Of a DNA stretch of 32,000 bases, positions 1-8,806 are shown piece after piece. The DNA comes from Acidothermus cellulolyticus 11B (GTDB taxonomy: Bacteria; Actinomycetota; Actinomycetes; Acidothermales; Acidothermaceae). The notes beneath the pieces are model-generated. The model saw only the letters and a program-made list of their open reading frames with translations. It was not told where the DNA came from and ran no database searches. The translations under genes and the position numbers were made by a program. Numbering within the stretch: position 1 is the first letter of the stretch; every line of letters starts with the position of its first letter. The stretch is from the NCBI RefSeq assembly GCF_000015025.1, contig NC_008578.1, forward strand, positions 1,020,001 through 1,052,000, written 5' to 3'.

Positions 1-87
1 CTCTGCGTCGTCCCGGCCGCGATCTACGACACCGATTACCGGGGGCTGCACGACCGTGCCGCCGGGTGCGTTGTCGTCCGGCTCTGA
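1..87 (+). CDS. 3' end of an RDD-family membrane protein (partial, runs off the window)
   Basis: Frame 1 reads LCVVPAAIYDTDYRGLHDRAAGCVVVRL, then TGA at 85-87. The ...GLHDR.AG..VV tail is the typical C-terminus of RDD-family proteins, which commonly sit next to DUF4191 in actinobacteria. Only 28 aa are visible. Confidence 0.4.
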   Translation, partial: LCVVPAAIYDTDYRGLHDRAAGCVVVRL

Positions 88-119
88 CCGGTGCGCGACG
101 ATCACGCTCGGGCTGGGGA

Positions 120-137
120 ATCCGGCGGGCGCCGGAT
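120..137. terminator. Palindromic GC hairpin between convergent genes (possible bidirectional terminator)
   Basis: ATCCGGCGGGCGCCGGAT is a perfect palindrome lying between the RDD stop (87) and the DUF4191 stop (141). The stem is short and there is no clear U-tract. Confidence 0.25.
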
Positions 138-140
138 GAT

Positions 141-863
141 TCAGCGCGGCAGTTTGAACCCTTGCGGCAGCCGGGCGCCCTTCGGCAGCGGCCCCTTCGG
201 CATCATGTTCGCCAGCGTGCCGAGGGCCCGCAGCCGCGCTTCGATCTGATCGACCGTGCGGCCCTTGAACCGGCGGGGGAGCCGGTTGAGCCGGGCCTGG
301 AGTTTGCGCAACGGCACCTGTTTCGGTCCATTGCCAATGAGGATCACTTCGACCGGTGTGCCGGACGCCACCCGCTGAATCCGCTTCTGCTGGTCGGCGA
401 TGAGCGGCGCGAGCCGGTCCGGGTCACCTTCGCCGATGAGGATGACGCCGGGCTTGCCGACGACCCGGTGGACGACGTCCATCGCACGGGTTCCTGCAAC
501 GGTCGGGGTGACCCGCCAATCGCCCCGCATCGTCGAGATCACTGCCGGCGCAGCTCCCGGCTGGCCCTCGATCTGGGCGTAGAACGCAGCCTGTGCGCGG
601 CGGCCGAAGACGATGAATGCCGTCAGCACGCCGCCCAGCACTCCGAAGATCGAGAAAACGATGAGGTCGCCGAGGGCGAAACCCACCCCCACAAAGACCA
701 CCAACGCGACGAGACCACCGATGACCATCGCCGGGATGAGCCGGGGGTCGTGCTCCCGGGTGATCCGGAAAGCCACCCGAAGCTGCTGACCGCGCTTCGT
801 CTGGGTGTCGCCCTTGTCGGCGGCAGCCCGGTTCGGCCGGGTGGGAGGAGTGCTGCGGGCCAT
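141..863 (-). CDS. DUF4191 membrane protein (Rv2219-like)
   Basis: 240 aa with an ATG start at 863. It has a basic N-terminus, two TM helices (LIPAMVIGGLVALVVFVGVGFAL / IFGVLGGVLTAFIVFG), then GDWRVTPTVAG..DVVHRVVGKPGVILIGEG and a terminal MPKGPLP. This matches my recollection of the DUF4191/Rv2219 family. It sits next to lipA as in mycobacteria. Confidence 0.85.
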   Translation of the reverse strand: MARSTPPTRPNRAAADKGDTQTKRGQQLRVAFRITREHDPRLIPAMVIGGLVALVVFVGVGFALGDLIVFSIFGVLGGVLTAFIVFGRRAQAAFYAQIEGQPGAAPAVISTMRGDWRVTPTVAGTRAMDVVHRVVGKPGVILIGEGDPDRLAPLIADQQKRIQRVASGTPVEVILIGNGPKQVPLRKLQARLNRLPRRFKGRTVDQIEARLRALGTLANMMPKGPLPKGARLPQGFKLPR

Positions 864-874
864 GGTCCCTCGGT

Positions 875-916
875 CTGCTCAATCGGTACTGCTCAGTCGG
901 TGCTGCTCAGTGCACG
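875..916. repeat. Three exact-phase 14-bp direct repeats (CTGCTCA[A/G]T...) in the lipA-DUF4191 spacer
   Basis: CTGCTCA starts at 875, 889 and 903. The units are ctgctcaatcggta / ctgctcagtcggtg / ctgctcagtgcacg. On the minus strand this gives TGAGCAG three times, immediately upstream of the DUF4191 SD and ATG. Confidence 0.7.
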
Positions 917-953
917 GTCGATGGATGCGCCGTTCAGAATAGGCGGTTTCGGA

Positions 954-1925
954 TTACGGCGTCTGCGGTGCCTGGGTGGTGGCGCCGTCGGTGCGGCGAT
1001 CCGTCCGGCTGGCGATGGCCGCCCGGTACAGCCGGCCGGCTCGGTAGGAGGAGCGGACCAGCGGCCCAGACATGACGCCCGCGAAGCCGAGTTCGCGGGC
1101 CTCCGCAGCCAATTCCTCGAACTCGGCCGGCTCGACCCACCGCACGACCGGATGGTGGCGGATCGACGGGCGCAGATACTGCGTGATCGTCACCAGGTCG
1201 CAACCCGCGGACCGGAGGTCGGCCAGAGCCGCACGGATCTCCTGCCGGGTCTCGCCCAGCCCGAGGATGAGGTTGGACTTGGTGACAAGGCCGGCGTCGT
1301 GCGCCGCGCGGAGCACGTCGAGGGAGCGCTCATATCGGAAGCCCGGTCGAATCGACTTGAAGATTCGCGGCACCGTTTCGATGTTGTGGGCGAAGACCTC
1401 CGGCCGTGCGCTGAAGACTTCGTCGAGGAGCTCAGGTCTGCCGTGGAAATCCGGGGTGAGGAGTTCGACACCGCATCCGGGCACCGCGTGGTGAATTTCC
1501 CGGACGGTCTGCGCATAAAGCCACGCGCCCTCGTCGTCCAGATCGTCACGGGTGACCCCGGTCACTGTGGCGTACCGCAGTCCCATGCGGGCCACCGACT
1601 CCGCGACGCGGCGCGGTTCGTCGCGGTCCAGCGGTTGGGGACGGCCGCTGGAGATTTGGCAGAACGAGCAATTGCGCGAACACGTGTCACCCCCGATGAG
1701 GAACGTGGCCTCCCGGTCCTCCCAGCATTCGAAGATGTTCGGGCACCCTGCTTCTTCGCAGACGGTGTGGAGTCCTTCCCGGCGGACAAGCTCCTTCAAC
1801 GCGTGATACTGCGGTCCCATCCGCGCTCTCGTCCGAATCCACGCCGGTTTGCGTTCGATCGGCACCTGCGCATTCCGCGCCTCGATGCGAAGGAGCTTCC
1901 GCCCGTCCGGGGTTACGGCTGTCAC
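954..1925 (-). CDS. lipA: Lipoyl synthase
   Basis: The radical-SAM cluster motif [10 protein letters not shown] and the auxiliary-cluster motif [12 protein letters not shown] are both present. I trimmed the 357-aa ORF to the GTG at 1925, which follows GAGGAGG by 5 nt (minus strand GACGAGGAGGTTCGTGTG). Confidence 0.95.
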   Translation of the reverse strand: MTAVTPDGRKLLRIEARNAQVPIERKPAWIRTRARMGPQYHALKELVRREGLHTVCEEAGCPNIFECWEDREATFLIGGDTCSRNCSFCQISSGRPQPLDRDEPRRVAESVARMGLRYATVTGVTRDDLDDEGAWLYAQTVREIHHAVPGCGVELLTPDFHGRPELLDEVFSARPEVFAHNIETVPRIFKSIRPGFRYERSLDVLRAAHDAGLVTKSNLILGLGETRQEIRAALADLRSAGCDLVTITQYLRPSIRHHPVVRWVEPAEFEELAAEARELGFAGVMSGPLVRSSYRAGRLYRAAIASRTDRRTDGATTQAPQTP

Positions 1926-2084
1926 ACGAACCTCCTCGTCGGTGACCAGCCTACCGGCGTGACTGTGGGCGCACGACGCGGGCGACAGAGCACCGGCGCA
2001 GAGTTTCTTTCCCGGACGGGATTGCACGGGGACCCTGACGACCGGCCCTGTGCCGGCGAAGTGTGTGGCCGGTTCGAGCGCCGG

Positions 2085-2750
2085 TCAGTTCGCCGCGCTC
2101 TGCGGGGTTGGGACCCGGTCGGTCGGCCTGGCGGGAAGGAGGAATTCCGTCAAGCGGGCGACAACGAGTGGCCGGACTTCCGCCACCGTGACGTTTCGCC
2201 CGAGTTCGACGGAGAGCGAGGTCACCTCGGCGTCCGGCAATCCGCACGGAACGATCCGCCGAAACCAGCTCAAGTCTGGATTGCAGTTCAGTGCGAAGCC
2301 GTGCATGGTGGTGCAGCGCGAGATGCGCACGCCGATGGCGGCGATTTTCCGGTCCGGTGCGCCGGGACTGGTGATCCACACACCGGACCGCCCGGGGACT
2401 CGCACCGCAGTAACCCCGAGATCGGCGCAGACAGCGATGAGTGCCTGTTCAATGCGGCGGACGTGGCCCACCGCATCAATAGGCATCGGGAGTTTGACAA
2501 TCGGGTAACCGACGAGTTGACCGGGACCGTGCCAGGTGATCCGTCCGCCGCGATCCACAGCAATGACCGGCGTTCCGTCGGTGGGCCGTTCGAAATCCTC
2601 GGTTCGCTTTCCGGCGGTGTACACCGGCGGATGTTCGAGGAGAAGACAGGTATCGGGAATTTCATCCGCGACCCGGAGGGCGTGAAGTTCGCGCTGCCGT
2701 GCCCACGCCTCTTCATACGGGACGACGCCGTGGTGCTCAAATGCCAGCAC
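2085..2750 (-). CDS. lipB: Octanoyl-[ACP]:protein N-octanoyltransferase
   Basis: Motifs [50 protein letters not shown] and PCG are present. The start is uncertain. The first canonical in-frame start near the conserved core is the GTG at 2750. Upstream in frame there are only ATT/ATC codons until the ORF runs into the permease gene. Confidence 0.88.
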   Translation of the reverse strand: MLAFEHHGVVPYEEAWARQRELHALRVADEIPDTCLLLEHPPVYTAGKRTEDFERPTDGTPVIAVDRGGRITWHGPGQLVGYPIVKLPMPIDAVGHVRRIEQALIAVCADLGVTAVRVPGRSGVWITSPGAPDRKIAAIGVRISRCTTMHGFALNCNPDLSWFRRIVPCGLPDAEVTSLSVELGRNVTVAEVRPLVVARLTEFLLPARPTDRVPTPQSAAN

Positions 2751-2968
2751 GATTCCGACGATACTCGCCGCCCGAATGTGACCGCCGTCGATCGGCTGCC
2801 TCGCAGGCCAACGCGGGTCTGCCCGGCCCGAACGCTCCGACGGACCGAAGCCGGACGGCGGGTCTGCCTGGCCGGGAGTCCTGTCGGCCGAAATCGGCCG
2901 GCCGGTCGCCGCGGCGGTGGGTATCGAAGCCCGGCAGGGTCTGTGCGCCGGAGTCGATCGGTGACGCG

Positions 2969-3874
2969 CTAGGAGAGAAGGTCCTTTGTCGCGAATCGGC
3001 CGTAGGCAAGCGATCCGAAGACCGCGACATAGCCGGCCTGAAGGACGGCGTTGTGCAGCAGGCTCGTCCAGACGATCGGATCGCGGAGGAGGTCGCCGAA
3101 TCCCAGCCAGTAGTGGGAAAACAGCCACGGGTGTAGCCAGGAGACCTGCGGAATGCTGTCCAGAATCTGTGACGCAATCGCCGCGACCGCGACCGCCGCC
3201 ATTGCGCCTACCGGAATGTCGGTCAATGTCGAGACGAAGAGCCCCAGCGCCGCCAGGCCGATGAGCGAAATCGTCACGTATCCGGCGACGAGGAATTCCC
3301 GGCCTGCGGCCGCGGCAGGGGAAATCGTCGCCCCGGAGAGCAGAGTGACCCTGCCGACGGGAAAGAACAGCGTGCCCACGACCGCACCGACCCCGGTGAT
3401 GACCACGGTCACCGCGGCGCAGAACACGGTGGCGGTGAGGAATTTCGTCACGATCAGCCGTAACCGTCCCACTGGCGCGATGGCAAGGTAGCGGAGCGTC
3501 CCGAGGTTCGCCTCGCCGGCGACGGTGTCGCCGGCGACCACCGCCACCGCCAGGGGAAGAAACAGCGGCGTGCAGACGACCAGCGCGGTCAAGCCCACGA
3601 ACAAACCGTTCTGCGTAATGCGGTCCAGGAATGTCGGTCCTTCCCCAGGCGCAATCTGCTGGGACGACAGCTTCACGGCAACTGCGATGAGGAAAGGCAC
3701 CGCGGCGAGGACAACCAGCAAGGTGATGGTGCGGCGCCGGCGAAACACGGTCGCCAGCTCATTGCGGAAGAAAACGAAACTGCCCGTGCCCGCCGGCAAC
3801 CGCCGGGGCACCGATGCGGCGGCATCGGCGAGCAAGGGATCAGCAGCGGACATCGCGGTGTTCCTCGCAGACAC
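2969..3874 (-). CDS. ABC-2 type transporter permease
   Basis: 301 aa with about six hydrophobic helices, the typical layout of an ABC-2 exporter permease. The GTG at 3874 lies 2 nt after the ATPase stop. An alternative ATG is at 3853. Confidence 0.82.
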   Translation of the reverse strand: MSARNTAMSAADPLLADAAASVPRRLPAGTGSFVFFRNELATVFRRRRTITLLVVLAAVPFLIAVAVKLSSQQIAPGEGPTFLDRITQNGLFVGLTALVVCTPLFLPLAVAVVAGDTVAGEANLGTLRYLAIAPVGRLRLIVTKFLTATVFCAAVTVVITGVGAVVGTLFFPVGRVTLLSGATISPAAAAGREFLVAGYVTISLIGLAALGLFVSTLTDIPVGAMAAVAVAAIASQILDSIPQVSWLHPWLFSHYWLGFGDLLRDPIVWTSLLHNAVLQAGYVAVFGSLAYGRFATKDLLS

Positions 3875-3876
3875 AC

Positions 3877-4833
3877 TCAGCCGTCGACATCAAATCCTTC
3901 TCCTGTCAGCGAGACGAAGACGTCCTCGAGGGAACCGTGGTCGGGTCGCAAGCCGCGGACCCGGACTCCGGCGTGCACCAACGCAGCACACACGTCCTCC
4001 GGCAACACACCGTCGAGCTCGGCGGAAATCCGCGGCTCGGTGGAGCCGGTGTGCGTCTGTTCCCGTTGGACGTCACGGAGTGCCAAGTCGTCGAGGACCC
4101 GGAGCGCGCGTTCGACGTCCGGCGTCTCGATGACGAGGCGGGGTCGGTGCAATCGCCGCAGCGCGGTCAGATCTCCTTGCGCAACGAGTTTTCCCCGGCT
4201 CATCACACCGACATGGGTGCAGATCTGCTCGACCTCGCTGAGCAGGTGGGACGAGACAAAGACCGTGGTGCCGTCCTCGGCCAACGAGCGGATAAGAGCG
4301 CGCACCTCGCGAGTGCCCTGCGGGTCAAGGCCGTTGGTCGGTTCGTCCAGCACGAGAAGCTGCCGGGGAGCAAGGAGAGCCGCGGCAATGCCCAGCCGCT
4401 GCTTCATACCGAGCGAGTACGCCCGCACTTTCTTTTTCGCCACGTGACTGAGGCCGACGCGGTCCAGCGCCGCGGCGATCCGCCGCTGCCGATCGCGTGG
4501 TCTCATTGCGGGATTCGCCGCGTCGAAACGCGCCAAATTGTCTGTGCCGCTGAGGAACGGATACCAGGCCGGTCCTTCCACCAGAGCACCGACCTCTGGC
4601 AGAACCTGCCGCGCAGCCGCCGGCATGCGGTGTCCCAGCAGCCACATCTCTCCAGCGTTCGGTGCGGCAAGCCCAAGGAGCATGCGGATCGTCGTGGTCT
4701 TGCCGGATCCATTGGGCCCAAGAAAGCCGTACACAGCGCCGCGAGGGACCGCCACATCAATCCGGTCGACAACGGTCCGGCGGCCGAAACGCTTCGTCAG
4801 GCCGGTCGTGCGGATCGCCCACTCGTCGCTCAT
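3877..4833 (-). CDS. ABC transporter ATP-binding protein (ABC-2/DrrA-type with C-terminal DUF4162-like extension)
   Basis: Walker A GPNGSGKTT, signature SLGMKQR, Walker B LLVLDEPTNGLD and H-loop SSH are present. I trimmed the 693-aa ORF to the ATG at 4833 (MSDEWAIRTTGL). That ATG overlaps the upstream stop as ATGA (4830-4833). Confidence 0.93.
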   Translation of the reverse strand: MSDEWAIRTTGLTKRFGRRTVVDRIDVAVPRGAVYGFLGPNGSGKTTTIRMLLGLAAPNAGEMWLLGHRMPAAARQVLPEVGALVEGPAWYPFLSGTDNLARFDAANPAMRPRDRQRRIAAALDRVGLSHVAKKKVRAYSLGMKQRLGIAAALLAPRQLLVLDEPTNGLDPQGTREVRALIRSLAEDGTTVFVSSHLLSEVEQICTHVGVMSRGKLVAQGDLTALRRLHRPRLVIETPDVERALRVLDDLALRDVQREQTHTGSTEPRISAELDGVLPEDVCAALVHAGVRVRGLRPDHGSLEDVFVSLTGEGFDVDG

Positions 4834-5915
4834 GGCCGGCCCGTCTGAATGGCCGTCCGCATGGTTGCCGTGGTCACCGCGCCGATCAGCAGCCGGCCGT
4901 CGTCGGTCACACCGAAGGCAATGAGCGGCGTGCTCAGCAGGACGCCGCCCGGAACCGGCTGGCCGTAGCGCAGAATCGCCGCAGCGAGCGGACTGTCGGC
5001 CGGCATGCTGACGATTGCTGACCAGCCGCCGCCGAGCACCCGGAAGCCTGACGAGCCGGTTCCGGGGGCCGCGGAAGCGGGCGGTGGGAGCGACGGTTGC
5101 GCGGAACCACCCGGCGCGTTCTGCAGGCTCGGCGGGGACGCCGGTCCGCCGCCGGTGGCTCGATGAGCGCCCGGCGGCGGGACGAAGACGAAGCGGGACG
5201 GCGGGACCGGCGCAAAGGAGAGGGACTGGAACCCGACGACGAACGCGGGGCTGTTCGACGTCCGCGGAAATATCGCGATGCGAAGGACGACGTGGGTGGC
5301 TGCGTCGACGGCGATGTCGATACGGCCGATGCTGGTGCGCGGGTCGGTGGGAGTGACCGTCAGCACGTACGCGCTGCGTCCGGCCACCACGGTGGTCCCG
5401 TTTGTCGCGGTCTGGGTTGTCGTCGCGAAATCTGTGAGAATCTGACGCGCCAGGGATTGCGGGTTCAGCCCGTCCGGCAGTCCGTGGAATTCTCCGCCGC
5501 CCCGCGGAGTCAGTGGGAAGGTGGCGTAGCTGTTCGTCGAGTAGGTGTAGACGGTGAGGCTTCCGGCGTGCGCCACCACCTCGGTTTCGTCGAGAGTATC
5601 GAGGATTTCGGCTCGGAACCCGGCAGGCGAGGCCCAGACCCGCACCTGGTGCGTGCCGTTGAGCAGTTTGCCGAAAACCCCTTGCGCCAGCGGAGAATTC
5701 GGTAAGGGGAGACTGAAGCTGGACCGAACCTCCAGGGTGCCGGAGATGTCCGCGGGTCTCGGCTGGTCGATGGCGGCGACGAGCTGAGTAGGCGAGCGGG
5801 GTGGGAGCTGGCTGGCGGTCGCCGGGTGGTGGTGAACGACGGTCGTTACCACCGCGATCACAGCGATGACGGTTGCGGCCGGCGTCCAGACCTGCAGCTG
5901 ATGGGGAAGGCGCAT
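4830..5915 (-). CDS. Membrane-anchored LolA-like (DUF2092 / lipoprotein-carrier fold) protein with Pro-rich linker and small C-terminal domain
   Basis: The N-terminal anchor is VWTPAATVIAVIAVVTTVV. The body (GTLEVRSSFSLPLP...VRVWASPAGFRAEILD...SLTVYTYSTNSYATFPL...YVLTVTPTDPRTSIGRIDIAVDAATHVVLRIAIF) resembles actinobacterial LolA-like/RseB-like proteins. The ATG at 5915 is preferred. The GTG at 6002 is possible. Confidence 0.65.
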   Translation of the reverse strand: MRLPHQLQVWTPAATVIAVIAVVTTVVHHHPATASQLPPRSPTQLVAAIDQPRPADISGTLEVRSSFSLPLPNSPLAQGVFGKLLNGTHQVRVWASPAGFRAEILDTLDETEVVAHAGSLTVYTYSTNSYATFPLTPRGGGEFHGLPDGLNPQSLARQILTDFATTTQTATNGTTVVAGRSAYVLTVTPTDPRTSIGRIDIAVDAATHVVLRIAIFPRTSNSPAFVVGFQSLSFAPVPPSRFVFVPPPGAHRATGGGPASPPSLQNAPGGSAQPSLPPPASAAPGTGSSGFRVLGGGWSAIVSMPADSPLAAAILRYGQPVPGGVLLSTPLIAFGVTDDGRLLIGAVTTATMRTAIQTGRP

Positions 5916-6009
5916 AGTCGCAGCGTACGTCGCACACCGCGCCGCGGCCGCCGCACAAGGGCTGTGGACAACGCGCCCGCGGGCGGCCGGATTCAGCTGC
6001 ACTGTCGCT

Positions 6010-7641
6010 ATGCGCCTCGGTGAGTCCTTAAACGACGAAACGAGTCACGACGTCGGTGCGCTGCCGCCGCGGTTGGCCGGGTACGACGTCAGCGAGCTGG
6101 TCGCGATCGGTCGATACGCCGCCGTCTGGCGGGCGCGTACCGCCGTGGGCGACCGGAGTGTTGCGCTCAAGCGACCGCACGCCACCCGCGAGGCGGCAGC
6201 CCGCGTTGTCCACGAAGCGGCGATCCTGCGCGCTGCCCGCCACGACCACGTCGTCGCATTCCTCGGCCTGGAACGGGAACCTTGGCGGCAGCCTGCACCC
6301 GGCCTGCCGTGCCAGTGCCCGGTGCTCGTGACCGAGTACGCCGAGGGCGGCACCCTGGCCGAGCTGCTGGCGAACCGGATCCGGCTCTCCCCGGCAGAGG
6401 TGGTGACCCTCGGTGTGCCGATTGCCCGAGCGCTCGACTTGCTGCGCCGCCGCGGCATCCGGCACGGCGACCTGCGTCCGGCGAACATCGCCTTCACCGC
6501 CGACGGCAAGCCCCTGCTCATCGACTTCGGTCATGCGCGGTGGTGCGATGCGCCACAGCGCCGCGGCAGGCGGGGAGAGCGTCGTCCGGGCGTCGCCGGC
6601 CCAGATCCCGACGACGTTCGCGCCTTCCTCGATCTGCTGAGGCTCGCGCTGATTGGCGCGCCGCCACCGGAGCCATCGCCGCCCCTCGGCGTGCTGGCCG
6701 GGGACATTCCCGAGCCGCTGAGCCGACTTCTGGAGCTGGCCGCCGCCACCGATCCGACCACTCTGGGGCTCGAGACATTCGCTCGTGAACTGCTCGCCGC
6801 CTGCACACCCGCGCCGATCACGCTGGTCTCCCGAACGGCGGCGTCGCGCAGCGTCTCGCCGACACCTGAGGAGGCCGGCGAAGCGGCGTCAGCCGGAGCG
6901 TCCGTCGCGCCGTCGCCCGGCCGCCGATCACACTGGGCGGTGAAGCTGGCCGGCGCGCATCGGAGGCGCCGGTCTTCTCCCGTCCGTCTGTCATCCACCC
7001 GCACAGGCGTGGTGGTGGGCGCTATTGCCGTGCTGGCGGTGGCAGCGCTTGCCGCCTTGGCGCTGGTCCGCACCGGGCATGCCACCGCACGCCCGGCCCA
7101 GCTGGAGCCTGCCGACGCGGTGGCCGCGACACCGCAGGAGTCGGGGCACGATCCGGCCCGCGGTTCACCCGAGGGCCCGTCGGTGTCGGCACCGTCCGAC
7201 GGAATCCCGGCGCGTCAGCCGGCGGACGCCCGAGGTACGCCGGATTGGCCGGGCGTTGTCGCCGAGTTGTACGCACGCCGTGCCCATGCATTGATCAACC
7301 GGGATCCCGCGCTGCTTGCCACGGTGTACACACCGACGTCTCCATTGGCGGCCGCAGATGGCGAGACAGTGGCGGGTCTTCGAGCGGTCGGCGCCCGCGT
7401 CGAGGGGTTCGCACCTCGCGTCCTCTCCGTGGATGTGATCCAGGCCGATCGGACGACCGCGGTGCTCCGGGTGACCGATCAATTGCCGCCGTACGGCGTG
7501 GCGACCAGCGGTGGCCGCCAGGCCAATCCGGGACGCGGCCCGGTGACCCGTCTCATCACCCTCCGCTACGTCGACGGCGAATGGCTGATCGACGCCATCG
7601 ACTTGGCGGCACCCGTGAATGGGCCGACCGGCTCCTCATGA
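6010..7641 (+). CDS. Transmembrane Ser/Thr protein kinase-like protein with degenerate catalytic motifs and an NTF2-like extracytoplasmic domain
   Basis: Hanks kinase landmarks are VALK, HEAAIL, VTEYAEGGTL, HGDLRPAN (canonical form HRDLKPxN) and DFG. The glycine loop is reduced to IGRYAAVW and there is no APE motif. A single TM helix follows (VVVGAIAVLAVAALAALALV), then a roughly 110-aa C-terminal domain ending in LITLRYVDGEWLIDAIDL. Confidence 0.8.
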   Translation: MRLGESLNDETSHDVGALPPRLAGYDVSELVAIGRYAAVWRARTAVGDRSVALKRPHATREAAARVVHEAAILRAARHDHVVAFLGLEREPWRQPAPGLPCQCPVLVTEYAEGGTLAELLANRIRLSPAEVVTLGVPIARALDLLRRRGIRHGDLRPANIAFTADGKPLLIDFGHARWCDAPQRRGRRGERRPGVAGPDPDDVRAFLDLLRLALIGAPPPEPSPPLGVLAGDIPEPLSRLLELAAATDPTTLGLETFARELLAACTPAPITLVSRTAASRSVSPTPEEAGEAASAGASVAPSPGRRSHWAVKLAGAHRRRRSSPVRLSSTRTGVVVGAIAVLAVAALAALALVRTGHATARPAQLEPADAVAATPQESGHDPARGSPEGPSVSAPSDGIPARQPADARGTPDWPGVVAELYARRAHALINRDPALLATVYTPTSPLAAADGETVAGLRAVGARVEGFAPRVLSVDVIQADRTTAVLRVTDQLPPYGVATSGGRQANPGRGPVTRLITLRYVDGEWLIDAIDLAAPVNGPTGSS

Positions 7642-7675
7642 CGGCACGGACCCTGTCGAGAGGGAAGGGGAAGCA

Positions 7676-8797
7676 GTGCGCGCACCCTCGGCCGCATCGG
7701 CCGCAGGAGGTGCGCGGTGGAGGTCAGGCCGTCCGGTGAAGCAGTTCTCCGATGACGGCGCTCGATCCTGGCTGTCGCTTCTTCGGCAGCGCGGTGATTA
7801 CGGCGCGTCGCCGATCCGCGGCGGCGGTGACCGTGCCGCGGCCGCGCTCTGGGGAGCCTTGCTCTTCGGCGTCGGCGGGCTCGCGGCGCTCTCGGTCACG
7901 GTGGTTCCGTACTGGCCGGAGGCTCATCCGCGGGTGTACCAGGCGCTCGGCCTCGGACTCCTCGCGGTGGCCGGCGTTCTCGTCGGCATCCGCCACCACA
8001 CGGGCCGGGTACTCCGCCACGGGCTGCTCGGCGTCGGCGTCGGCGCCGTCACCGTCGCGGTCTGGGCGGCGGGTCCCGCCCCGCAGTCCGTGCTTCCCGC
8101 GCTGTTTTACGCCTTTCCTGCGGTCTACGCGTGCCTTTATCTGCCGAGACGCGTCGCGTTCGGCTACTTGGTCGCCATCGCCGCCGCCTACCTCGGCGCG
8201 CTGGCGCTGCACTGGCGTGCGCCGATGGGCGCGCAGTGGGCCATCACCGTAGCCGCGTTCGGCGTACCTCTGCTCATCATCGTCACGTTGATTGACCGGC
8301 TCTCGGTGCAAGCCTGGTACGACGCTCTGACCGGCTTGCCGAACCGCCGGCTCGCCGACTTCCTGCTGGCCGCCGAGATGGCGGCAGCGGGACGGCACGG
8401 CCGGCCACTCACGATTGCCGTCTGCGATCTCGATGAGCTCAAGCGGATCAACGACACGCGCGGGCATCGGGCGGGGGACCAATTGCTGGCCCGGGCCGGG
8501 CGGACGTGGGCGGCCACGCTGCGCGCCGGTGACCTTCTCGCCCGGACCGGTGGGGACGAATTCCTCCTCGTGCTCCCCTCAACCACGGCGGACCAGGCCG
8601 CACAGGTGATCGAGCGGATGCGGGCGGCCGCTCCCGACATCACGTTCACCGCAGGCATCGCTACCTGGGACGGCCGGGAGCCCGACTATCGGCTGGTGCA
8701 TCGGGCGGACGCCGCGCTGTACGCCGCGAAAGCCGAACGGCGCGGCACCACCGGCATCGCGTCAGCCGGCGGAGTGAGCACCGTCATCCGGTTGTAG
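7676..8797 (+). CDS. Membrane-bound diguanylate cyclase (GGDEF domain, I-site present)
   Basis: LTGLPNRR, DLDELKRINDTRGHRAGD and RAGDLLARTGGDEF are present (RxxD lies 5 aa before GGDEF). The N-terminal half has about six TM helices. The GTG at 7676 follows GGGAAGGGGAAG. An alternative ATG at 7619 would overlap the kinase gene by 23 nt. Confidence 0.9.
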   Translation: MRAPSAASAAGGARWRSGRPVKQFSDDGARSWLSLLRQRGDYGASPIRGGGDRAAAALWGALLFGVGGLAALSVTVVPYWPEAHPRVYQALGLGLLAVAGVLVGIRHHTGRVLRHGLLGVGVGAVTVAVWAAGPAPQSVLPALFYAFPAVYACLYLPRRVAFGYLVAIAAAYLGALALHWRAPMGAQWAITVAAFGVPLLIIVTLIDRLSVQAWYDALTGLPNRRLADFLLAAEMAAAGRHGRPLTIAVCDLDELKRINDTRGHRAGDQLLARAGRTWAATLRAGDLLARTGGDEFLLVLPSTTADQAAQVIERMRAAAPDITFTAGIATWDGREPDYRLVHRADAALYAAKAERRGTTGIASAGGVSTVIRL

Positions 8798-8806
8798 CGA
8801 TCAGCG

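Noticed and set aside
66-2972. 968-aa + strand ORF spanning the whole DUF4191/lipA/lipB region
   Set aside because: It is antisense to three genes with unmistakable family motifs. Its translation is Arg/Pro/Gly-rich low-complexity sequence, as expected from reading a high-GC gene on the opposite strand. No recognisable domain is present.
4834-5958. N-terminal 375 aa of the 693-aa ORF 3877-5958 (and similar 5' extensions of ORFs 19464-21545, 21104-23038, 17942-18994, 15968-17104, 25230-26540, 26395-27405, 26945-28153, 9757-10932)
   Set aside because: In each case the family-typical protein begins at an internal start codon. That start either overlaps the upstream gene's stop (ATGA/GTGA) or follows a Shine-Dalgarno sequence. 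The extension overlaps another well-supported gene or a repeat region in a different frame and is Arg/Pro-rich.
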